Source of the DNA: a virus
Taxonomy: Duplodnaviria; Caudoviricetes
Strand: one strand, 5' to 3'
DNA: 58,928 nucleotides
IMG/VR virus record: IMGVR_UViG_3300036945_000677
Span: 1 to 58,928 of that record
Shown here one piece after another: positions 48,694 through 56,119 of the stretch (positions are counted from its first letter, which is position 1; each line of letters begins with the position of its first letter). A program made the position numbers and the translations under genes. The notes under the pieces were generated by a model, which did no database searches, had not been told where the DNA came from, and saw only the letters and a program-made list of their open reading frames with translations.

Positions 48694-48704
48694 GTTTTAG
48701 ACGT

Positions 48705-48863
48705 AAACACTGTGGTTGCAGAGGATACCAAAGCGAAAGTTATAAGTACGCTAGTATATCAAAAGGCGAGTAAGATTCTTAATAAAAAGATGCTGAAACC
48801 GAGTCGATGAAAGGGTCAAGCTGACGATTACCTACAACGCCGGTTCGAACCCGGCAGTGTTTG
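48705..48863 (+). ncRNA. Large tRNA-like RNA (acceptor and T arm enclosing a ~125-nt body)
   Basis: AAACACT/AGTGTTT stem contiguous with GCCGG-TTCGAAC-CCGGC. Confidence 0.55.
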
Positions 48864-48866
48864 CAA

Positions 48867-48951
48867 AGGGAAGTTGGGTATTGTGTATCCCAGTGATAGT
48901 CCTTGCAAAAGACTATTACAAGTGCCGGTTCGAATCCGGTCTTCCCTTCCA
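48867..48951 (+). tRNA. Atypical tRNA-Cys(GCA)-like gene with an elongated anticodon stem
   Basis: AGGGAAG/CTTCCCT, U discriminator, encoded CCA; GTGATAGTC/GACTATTAC stem with centred GCA; GCCGG-TTCGAAT-CCGGT. Confidence 0.65.
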
Positions 48952-49022
48952 AACCCTCTATGCAGATAAAGAGGGGACATGCGAGAGTAAATTGTGGTAT
49001 TCATAGAAAGCACACTAACAAC

Positions 49023-49050
49023 ATCCCGGAGCTTCTGTACTCCGGGATTT
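49023..49050 (+). terminator. Hairpin/terminator after the RNA pair
   Basis: ATCCCGGAG/CTCCGGGAT followed by a T-rich stretch. Confidence 0.55.
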
Positions 49051-49082
49051 GTGTGTTTTTAACCACCCAAACTATTAACATT

Positions 49083-49349
49083 ATGAGTATAGACATAAAA
49101 GATGTAAGACGTGCATATATCCTTGCACGAGTGTTGAATGTGCAGTATCAGTTTATACGAGATTTTGTAAATCCTGACCTGCGCAAAGCAATTAACGAGG
49201 CAAAATCTAAGAACTCGTTTTTTATCAAGCAAATCGATGAGAAGTTTAACAAACATCATCAGAACAAAGTCATTGACGAAGATGAGGAATTGGGTTACCA
49301 ACTCCTGGAACATCTGGAAGCATTGATGGACCCAAAGAACAAACAATGA
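49083..49349 (+). CDS. Hypothetical protein
   Basis: Likely start MSIDIKD; the ORF-track extension overlaps the tRNA. Confidence 0.6.
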   Translation: MSIDIKDVRRAYILARVLNVQYQFIRDFVNPDLRKAINEAKSKNSFFIKQIDEKFNKHHQNKVIDEDEELGYQLLEHLEALMDPKNKQ

Positions 49350-49552
49350 AAAAATTAATATTAGCAACATTGTTATGCGGAATGTTTAGCAGTTGCACAG
49401 AAAACATGAGTGGTCATAGAACTACTGAAGAACGTGGTAAACTTCCTTACTATACAGATGAGTTTACTTGGGAAAATCATAATTATATTAGTAATCCTAG
49501 AGGAGGTATTATTCATAGTGAGTCTTGTAAATGCAAAGGAGGTAACAAATGA
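49346..49552 (+). CDS. Small lipoprotein
   Basis: MKKLILATLLCGMFSS-C lipobox-like sequence. Confidence 0.6.
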   Translation: MKKLILATLLCGMFSSCTENMSGHRTTEERGKLPYYTDEFTWENHNYISNPRGGIIHSESCKCKGGNK

Positions 49553-49767
49553 AAAACGAAGAAATTAAAAAAAATGTATCTGTAAGTAGCAGACTAAAAG
49601 ACATCACAGACGAAAAAGACCTTAAAGTTGTAGACTTTATTTTAGACTACACTTTTAAAGATGACAAAGAAATCTATACTAATGGAACAATGTTAGTTCC
49701 TTTATATAGAGTATTAGATGCAATTGCTCAAAAAGGAGAAGAATACAGAAGCGGAGGTATCAAATGA
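49549..49767 (+). CDS. Hypothetical protein
   Basis: 72 aa; ATGA overlaps on both sides. Confidence 0.65.
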   Translation: MKNEEIKKNVSVSSRLKDITDEKDLKVVDFILDYTFKDDKEIYTNGTMLVPLYRVLDAIAQKGEEYRSGGIK

Positions 49768-49889
49768 AATACATCACATTTATTGTTTGGTTGCTACTCA
49801 CAGCAGCAATGTGTCTACTCATAATACCAGCAGCTATTGCTGGAGCAGTAGGGTGGTTTGAATTAAGTGACAAAATACTTGAATCTTAA
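49764..49889 (+). CDS. Small membrane protein (41 aa; not in the ORF track)
   Basis: MKYITFIVWLLLTAAMCLLIIPAAIAGAVGWFELSDKILES, starting in the junction repeat. Confidence 0.55.
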   Translation: MKYITFIVWLLLTAAMCLLIIPAAIAGAVGWFELSDKILES

Positions 49890-49905
49890 CATACGGAGGT
49901 AACAA

Positions 49906-50061
49906 ATGAGCAACGAAAAACAAAGTATATTAAAACAATTCCACAATGCAATGATTCAAGCGTGTTATCCCATTCATCCATTCCCCATATATGTGTTTAT
50001 GGTACTAGCATTATTATGTCCAATTGTATGTTATTTTTTACAACAAAACATATCGAGATAA
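49906..50061 (+). CDS. Small membrane protein (51 aa; not in the ORF track)
   Basis: MSNEKQSILKQFHN...YVFMVLALLCPIVCYFL, starting in the junction repeat. Confidence 0.5.
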   Translation: MSNEKQSILKQFHNAMIQACYPIHPFPIYVFMVLALLCPIVCYFLQQNISR

Positions 50062-50064
50062 TAA

Positions 50065-50415
50065 ATGAAAACATTTAATTTAATTACTTTCATCAAAGAA
50101 GAGTGGTTTAATATTTTGATTTGTCTTCTTGCATATTTCAGCTACTGGATAGTTTTTCTACATCAAGCACCTGTTTATAACTACACTGTCAAAGTCACGT
50201 TCTGTGACAACCGTCCTACCAGGACAATCCATGATTACACATGGCGTACACCAGGTATTGACAATCAAGATCATTCCAAATACCGTGAAGTATTGTCTAA
50301 GTATGAGTTTACTTCCCAGGATGGTGAGGATTACACACTGTTAAACGTGTGTGAACTGACTATTGTAAATAAACAATTCATGGGTGACTATACCCTTTAT
50401 TCCAATCCTTATTAA
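50065..50415 (+). CDS. Membrane-anchored hypothetical protein
   Basis: N-terminal TM segment, 116 aa. Confidence 0.6.
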   Translation: MKTFNLITFIKEEWFNILICLLAYFSYWIVFLHQAPVYNYTVKVTFCDNRPTRTIHDYTWRTPGIDNQDHSKYREVLSKYEFTSQDGEDYTLLNVCELTIVNKQFMGDYTLYSNPY

Positions 50416-50420
50416 ATCCT

Positions 50421-50792
50421 ATGAAAATCCATAAAGTAAAAGAGTCTACTGACTCTACTCTGTATGCATTGAGCGAACCTGCTCATAATTACGTTAATTG
50501 TGTTCACTATGACGATGATGAAGTAAACAAAGCGAACCTAGTTGATGTTCGTGAGTGTGCTGACATTGTCTACAATTATTTGCTTGTACGTGCAGTAAAC
50601 GACAAGTTGGTATTCTATCCTGCTGACAACCAAGGTCACGGTTTGTCCAGTCCATTATTGATTGCAGATCCAGGAGTAAAGTTCGAACATCACTTTGTAA
50701 CCTTATACGGTAACAGGGTTGTGTTTGAAGACAAACTCGTTGTTTCAGCAAACTTTGACGACTACAACTGGAGTCCCGACCACAAATTATGA
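50421..50792 (+). CDS. Hypothetical protein
   Basis: 123-aa ORF in operon. Confidence 0.6.
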   Translation: MKIHKVKESTDSTLYALSEPAHNYVNCVHYDDDEVNKANLVDVRECADIVYNYLLVRAVNDKLVFYPADNQGHGLSSPLLIADPGVKFEHHFVTLYGNRVVFEDKLVVSANFDDYNWSPDHKL

Positions 50793-51019
50793 TGACCAAT
50801 GTTATCTTGTACATCACATTGCTGATGTTAGTAAGATATCTTATTTGGTGTTATCTATTTATGACTATTTACATCGGCATTGCTGCTTTTAGAACTAAAA
50901 GAATCAGCAGGTATCATGTTTATATATGGTTAACTGCACCAATCAGTACACCCTATCATTTATTACTCATGGTAGCAAGTTTTTTGACCAATCTGGACGA
51001 TGACTCCAGTGACAATTAA
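50789..51019 (+). CDS. Small membrane protein
   Basis: Two hydrophobic segments. Confidence 0.55.
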   Translation: MMTNVILYITLLMLVRYLIWCYLFMTIYIGIAAFRTKRISRYHVYIWLTAPISTPYHLLLMVASFLTNLDDDSSDN

Positions 51020-51051
51020 TTTTTTTCATTCACATTTTAATCAAATCTATT

Positions 51052-51552
51052 ATGCAAAGTGCAACAGCTCCAGGGAACGTTACGTTCTCTAAACCCACAG
51101 TAATACCTACAGATGCAGGTATGGTGGTTCGTGTAAACAAAGAAAACAAAGCTTTCGGTCATATCGTTCTTAAACACGCTCGTTTAGAGTTTAGTGAGAA
51201 CGGTTTTATGGACGAGAAGTTTGTAACCTGTCTTGTAAAAGGACCCATTGAAGTGCTTTCCCGCATGAACTGGAAACCATGGCAGGAATTACCAGGTAAA
51301 ATCGTTATTTCAGAATCTTTGACTCCATTCAGAGACAAAAGCTTTGAATACGACATCAAGATGAGCAACCGTGAAGACGGTGTAATCTTGCGTGTTGACG
51401 ACGAACCTATTTTCCGCAGGACATATTACTCTAGAAGTGAGTCCCGTGAAGACGTGTTAATCCAACATACTAACACCGATGAAGTTCGTGCACACATTGC
51501 TGCACGTGCTGACGTTGTCCGCGAAGAAATCGGAGCAGACTTCGATGATTAA
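51052..51552 (+). CDS. Conserved protein, possibly ssDNA-binding
   Basis: Beta-rich, acidic GADFDD tail, own terminator. Confidence 0.5.
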   Translation: MQSATAPGNVTFSKPTVIPTDAGMVVRVNKENKAFGHIVLKHARLEFSENGFMDEKFVTCLVKGPIEVLSRMNWKPWQELPGKIVISESLTPFRDKSFEYDIKMSNREDGVILRVDDEPIFRRTYYSRSESREDVLIQHTNTDEVRAHIAARADVVREEIGADFDD

Positions 51553-51578
51553 TAATCGTTAACATCACCAATTAACCT

Positions 51579-51606
51579 AAAACCCCGGCAATTGTCGGGG
51601 TTTTTT
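51579..51606 (+). terminator. Intrinsic (bidirectional-type) terminator
   Basis: AAAACCCCGGCA-AT-TGTCGGGGTTTTTT. Confidence 0.8.
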
Positions 51607-51697
51607 GTATCTAAGTGTAGAAAATTTTGTTGATATCTACAAAACCTCTACATTTAACCCCCATTTATCAACCACCTATTATCAAAACTACAATCAC

Positions 51698-52201
51698 ATG
51701 TCAAATACTAAAAGCATCACAGCAACCGCTCAGGGATTGAATATCTACTACGAGCGCACCCAGCAGACTACACAGGTTAAGTACGAGAAATTGTACCAAA
51801 ACCAGCGTAACAATTCTACAAACCGCCACAACGGTCTACATCTTAACCCTATTCAGCGAAACATGTATCGCAGGGTTATGTATGGTTTAGGTGAATTCAC
51901 ACCAGAACAACTCCAAACTATGGATAAGGTGACTAAAACAGCTATTGAAGCAGATCACAACAGAGCAAAACGTGCTATCGAAAAATTGAAGTACGATATG
52001 ACCTATGCACCTGTGGACAAGTTGTTTAACGCCATTTTCCCCCATGTCAAAATTGGTAGCAAAACCTATGATCATCACGTGTCTTTACCATCACTCCGGG
52101 AATTGAGAATTTCAACGGAAACCGTGTGTCAGACATTGATTAACGCAGGATTGCTTCCTACTAACTTTTTTGGTCTTACCCCTGAAAAACTCGCATTATG
52201 A
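51698..52201 (+). CDS. Hypothetical protein
   Basis: Likely start MSNTKSI; GLLPTNFF near the C-terminus. Confidence 0.65.
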   Translation: MSNTKSITATAQGLNIYYERTQQTTQVKYEKLYQNQRNNSTNRHNGLHLNPIQRNMYRRVMYGLGEFTPEQLQTMDKVTKTAIEADHNRAKRAIEKLKYDMTYAPVDKLFNAIFPHVKIGSKTYDHHVSLPSLRELRISTETVCQTLINAGLLPTNFFGLTPEKLAL

Positions 52202-52524
52202 ACATAAAAAATCTATTATCCAACGAGGAACTCCTCATGATCCACGCTCGCTTTGCTGAGCACGTAGCTGCCATTGAAGAAGCTGCAAAATCCAAGTTTA
52301 TCATCCGCACAGTAGAAATTGCTGATGCAGGCGTTGCAGCTACCAGGTTTCCTATTTCACAGGAACAAGCTGACAGTTTGTTAAATACAGAACAGTATTT
52401 AACTTCTAAATCGTTGATAAACAAGCTTGCACCAATGGTAGACTTGATCAAGGACGTTGGAATTACTGAACCCAAAATGCTTTCCGATGAAATTTGGAAG
52501 AATTCCGGTATCAGTCATTCTTGA
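52198..52524 (+). CDS. Hypothetical protein
   Basis: 108 aa; ATGA overlap. Confidence 0.6.
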   Translation: MNIKNLLSNEELLMIHARFAEHVAAIEEAAKSKFIIRTVEIADAGVAATRFPISQEQADSLLNTEQYLTSKSLINKLAPMVDLIKDVGITEPKMLSDEIWKNSGISHS

Positions 52525-52774
52525 TGAAAGTGTCCCGTTATCTACAAAAGGACTATACAGTATTCTCGTGTGCTTATGCGGTGCACGGGACTACTGTTAT
52601 CCAGGAACAGATTACCTCATCAATCTGACCGGGATGAGTCGTGCAACGCTGTACCGGCATCTGAAAGATCTGGAAACACGTGGTCTCATTCACAGGGCGT
52701 ATGACCCTTCAAAGAAGAAAATCATTACAAGGAACCTAGCATTCCTACAAGACAATTTGCTAGCAAACAATTAA
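52487..52774 (+). CDS. Helix-turn-helix protein resembling the N-terminal wHTH of phage replication initiators
   Basis: KGLYSIL...CYPG...LTGMSRATLYRHLKDLETRGLI. Confidence 0.75.
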   Translation: MKFGRIPVSVILDESVPLSTKGLYSILVCLCGARDYCYPGTDYLINLTGMSRATLYRHLKDLETRGLIHRAYDPSKKKIITRNLAFLQDNLLANN

Positions 52775-52778
52775 ACGC

Positions 52779-53285
52779 ATGAAAATATCAAAAATAGAAC
52801 AGATTCAAAAAGTGTTGTCCTCTTCAGGAGAAGAAAATACTCATGAGTTTATGGTTGCAAGTTTGGAACTCAATGAAGAAGGAATGCCTTCAAATCTTGG
52901 TTTTCAGTTCAGCGCATCTCCAATCACGTGTCTGGGAATGATCGACATGTTAATTGAACACCTCCAGGAACAGAAGAAAAATGTTTACAAGGTACTCAAG
53001 GAAAGACAAACCAGTGACACTAATGGACCGTTGTTCGGTATTGAGCAAGATCCTAAATCCGAAATAGAAGCTTCTAAGCAACGTTTGAAAGATTTAATGG
53101 ATAAACTGCCACCCGACATGAGAAAGTCTATTAAAAAGATCACAGATGTACTAGACAACGATCTTAGTGGTATTCTAAAGAAACGTGATCAAGAACAAGG
53201 TTCAAATGTAATGGATCAGATCATGAAAGAAATAAATAGTCGTTTCGGAAATGAAGGCAACAGTTACAAAGTCGATAATGACTAA
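52779..53285 (+). CDS. Hypothetical protein
   Basis: 168-aa ORF. Confidence 0.6.
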   Translation: MKISKIEQIQKVLSSSGEENTHEFMVASLELNEEGMPSNLGFQFSASPITCLGMIDMLIEHLQEQKKNVYKVLKERQTSDTNGPLFGIEQDPKSEIEASKQRLKDLMDKLPPDMRKSIKKITDVLDNDLSGILKKRDQEQGSNVMDQIMKEINSRFGNEGNSYKVDND

Positions 53286-53288
53286 GAT

Positions 53289-53401
53289 TGTCTCACCAGT
53301 GAGACACTGTGAAATTTTTCGCTCTATATAAGTACTCTATATAGTATATATATATAAGGGAAGTCTCACCAGTGAGACAACACTGTCTCATCAGTGAGAC
53401 A
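53289..53401. repeat. Three palindromic iteron-like repeats GTCTCAYCAGTGAGAC around a TA-rich spacer (candidate origin or operator)
   Basis: Copies at 53290, 53363 and 53385; TATATA runs at 53325-53357. Confidence 0.8.
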
Positions 53402-53468
53402 ACACAAGGGTAAAAAAACACCCTGTTTTGACAATAACCGGAGTTCCGGAAACTTGAAGATTACACTT

Positions 53469-53699
53469 ATGATAGACGATCCATTTGAAGGTAAAGCGAT
53501 CCTGGTGTATGACCTGTCGATCCCGTTAGAGAAACGTGTTGCTATTGAATTTCCAACCCAGAGACTGGCATCAGTGTACCTGGGAATATCAGAGAAAAGA
53601 ATCAATAATGCACTTAATCCTCTAAAGAAACGTAAAATTCTAAGTCCCATTCACAACAAAGAGTTCGCTGTGCGACTCAAAAAATTAAAGCAAAATTAA
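53469..53699 (+). CDS. Small NUMOD1/HTH-like DNA-binding protein
   Basis: IEFPTQRLASVYLGISEKRINNAL; likely start MIDDPF. Confidence 0.55.
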   Translation: MIDDPFEGKAILVYDLSIPLEKRVAIEFPTQRLASVYLGISEKRINNALNPLKKRKILSPIHNKEFAVRLKKLKQN

Positions 53700-53704
53700 A
53701 AAAC

Positions 53705-54502
53705 ATGTCAAACACAATATTTTTCAAAATCGATTTTAACGTAAAATCATTCAGACCAGTTTTACTTCCTGCACAAGAGGAAGCTTTATCAGAAACACTT
53801 GAAAGCTACGCAGACATTGCAGAAATCGTCATCCCTGACGAAGTTTGTATGCGTTATCCTATGAAAAGTGTATTTGCAACCAATGACTACACATACGGTA
53901 CAGACCGTGTACTTAAAATCAATTCAGTACACATCCTTCACTATGAAGAAGTAACGTATTACCATGGTGTGGACACTGCCGTTCAACCCAATCTTACTGA
54001 CCTGGACAAGTACTTTGAGTATTTGATCAATCAAGGTCAGGAAGCACTTGCCACCAAACTTAATTCTGGTTTTGCAGGTGCAGGATTGGTGTATGATTTA
54101 GCAGCTAAAGTTGCTGAAATCAAATCTGTTCCTGGAACCACTGCCGCAGTTGCAGGTTTCAGAGAAGAACTACAAGCAAAGTATCCTATCCCAGCACTTA
54201 AAGCTACTGGTTTTCACATCGAGCAAGACACCTGGGATCTTATGATCCGTAATGCAGTGCGTATGGAAAATACTTTGATGGTCGGGGCAACCGGAACTGG
54301 TAAAACAGAGTTGATCCAGCATTTAGCAGACTCTATGGGTAAAAAGCTTTACATCGTAGATATGGGTACTGTACAAGACGCACAATCAGCGTTGCTTGGC
54401 GTACACAGATTGAACGATAAAGGTTTCTCCGAGTTTGATTATGCTCCATTTGCTAAGTATATCCAGGAGGATTGTATCATCTTGTTAGACGAATTGAGTC
54501 GT
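53705..54502 (+). CDS. MoxR/CbbQ-type AAA+ ATPase, exon 1
   Basis: Walker A GATGTGKT; Walker B ILLDELSR ends at the intron. Confidence 0.9.
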
Positions 54503-55557
54503 TAAAAAAAAGTAACAATTTATTGTATAAACTCTTCCAATACATTATATTATATATAACAAGTATATGTAATGTCAAGAATGGAAAAGCTCTTTGAAAA
54601 AAATGTAAACTGCTTAATAAACGCTTCAGGTGTTTATTATATTAAAGCAAATGAATGCAATTACGTCGGTAGTTCTGTTAACGTTAAAAATAGAATGTTA
54701 GAACACAGAAACAAACTGAAAACCAAAAAACACGAAAATTCGAGAATGCAGAACATTTTCAATAAGTACGGTGAAGAAAAGTTTTCATATTCCATTTTGG
54801 AAGTTTGTCCTGATATCGACACTAAAGATTTGTTAGTTAAAGAAAAGTACTGGATTGATTTATTACATCCTGTATTAAATAACAAATTAGATCCTGTTAC
54901 ACAAACTAATTGTGCTGTAAATAGTAAAACAGTATATCAGTTTGGTAAAGATGCTAAATTATTAAACAGTTATCCTTCTTGTAGTGAAGCTGAAAGAATT
55001 ACAAAAATTAGTAGTTCTGGCATTTCAGCTTGTGCAAGAGGTAAACTTCTTTCAACAGGTGGTTATCTTTGGAGTTATGACAATCGTTGTATTACAAAGT
55101 ATGACTTAGAAAGAAGTAAGTGGAAATGGAAAACTGTTAAAATAATTAACACTGAAACAGGTGAAGAATTAAGATTTGCAAACATTGCTAAAGCAGCTAG
55201 ACACATGTTGAAACCTGATGACAATTTTAATTCAATATGTGCAACTATCTCTTCTTTATGTAAAGGAAGAGGTAAGTTTTTAAAGAAAATATACAAATGT
55301 TGTTACGTGGAGTAGCGTCTCATTAAAAATTCTGTGAATTGCTGGAAAGCCCGATGGGGTAATCAGCAGCCAAGCTTCTCAGTAATGAGTTGAAGGTTCA
55401 ACGACTAGGTTATGGAATCCCACCAGGTAATGCTGAGGATAGTAAAAACCCACGAGCGCAGAACATACAGAAATGTATGATGATATAGTCTGAACTGTAG
55501 ATATATATATGAAACTACAGAAGTATGAGATAAAGAACTCATACGATAACATAATTG
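54503..55557 (+). mobile_element. Group I intron with homing endonuclease
   Basis: P AATTGCTGGAA (55337), Q AATCAGCAGCC (55361), R GTTCAACGACTA (55396), S GATATAGTCT (55482); exon ends in U and intron ends in G; splicing restores DELSR/APLSAANILF. Confidence 0.92.
54572..55315 (+). CDS. GIY-YIG homing endonuclease with NUMOD1-like C-terminal repeats
   Basis: SGVYYI...NYVGSS...RMLEH...KEKYWI; YPSCSEAER and FANIAKAAR. Confidence 0.9.
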   Translation: MSRMEKLFEKNVNCLINASGVYYIKANECNYVGSSVNVKNRMLEHRNKLKTKKHENSRMQNIFNKYGEEKFSYSILEVCPDIDTKDLLVKEKYWIDLLHPVLNNKLDPVTQTNCAVNSKTVYQFGKDAKLLNSYPSCSEAERITKISSSGISACARGKLLSTGGYLWSYDNRCITKYDLERSKWKWKTVKIINTETGEELRFANIAKAARHMLKPDDNFNSICATISSLCKGRGKFLKKIYKCCYVE

Positions 55558-56052
55558 GCTCCACTTAGTGCTGCAAATATCCTGTTCCCATGTCTTGACA
55601 GACGTCGTTACTTGCCAGTTGACATCGCTGGTGATGGTGAAGAGCGTCACATCGCTGTTCATGAAAACACCATGTTCTTTGCAACTGCCAACCTTGGTAG
55701 TGAGTACACTGGTACCCATGCTATTGACAGAGCGTTGTTAGACCGTTTCTTCCCGGTAGAATTAGACTATCCGTTGGAGAAAGCAGAGATCGACATCCTG
55801 AACAAACGTACAGGTGTTGACAAAAAGACTGCTAAAGCAATTGTCAAAGTAGCACGTCAGATCCGTCAACAGTTCAAAGAACAAGAACTATCGACTACTG
55901 TTTCCGTTCGTCACACGTTACAAACTTCATCGTTGGTAACAGACGGATTTGAATTAGGTAAATCCCTTATGCAGGTATTCTTACCATTGTTTGACGATGG
56001 TAATGGTGCAGGTGAACGCTCTAAAGTAAAGAGCATCATCGCTGCATTGTAA
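55558..56052 (+). CDS. MoxR/CbbQ-type AAA+ ATPase, exon 2 (spliced product 430 aa)
   Basis: FFATAN sensor I; DRALLDRF arginine finger; SVRHT. Confidence 0.9.
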   Translation, partial: APLSAANILFPCLDRRRYLPVDIAGDGEERHIAVHENTMFFATANLGSEYTGTHAIDRALLDRFFPVELDYPLEKAEIDILNKRTGVDKKTAKAIVKVARQIRQQFKEQELSTTVSVRHTLQTSSLVTDGFELGKSLMQVFLPLFDDGNGAGERSKVKSIIAAL

Positions 56053-56075
56053 AGTTTAACTCTTATCAATTTAAC

Positions 56076-56106
56076 ACCCTCTGATGTAACAGTCAGAGGG
56101 TTATTT
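56076..56106 (+). terminator. Hairpin between the AAA and vWA genes
   Basis: ACCCTCTGA/TCAGAGGGT followed by TATTT. Confidence 0.5.
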
Positions 56107-56119
56107 AACTTATCACATT

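Larger units (their letters stand above)
49538..49909 (+). repeat. Gene-junction direct repeat GGAGGTAWCAAATGA, three copies
   Basis: Copies at 49538, 49753 and 49895, each containing a start codon. Confidence 0.75.

Noticed and set aside
48903-49082. N-terminal extension of the ORF ending at 49349 (likewise extensions at 42604, 44568, 46569, 51605, 53394)
   Set aside because: The extensions run through RNA structures, terminators, repeats or leader sequence; downstream ATGs with A-rich leaders are more plausible.
53289-53401. CRISPR mini-array
   Set aside because: The repeats are only 16-18 nt with gaps of about 57 and 6 nt, and there are no cas genes. An iteron or operator fits better.
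54503-55557. AAA+ gene as a pseudogene or as two separate genes
   Set aside because: A complete group I core with P1/P10 pairing restores one in-frame 430-aa protein.
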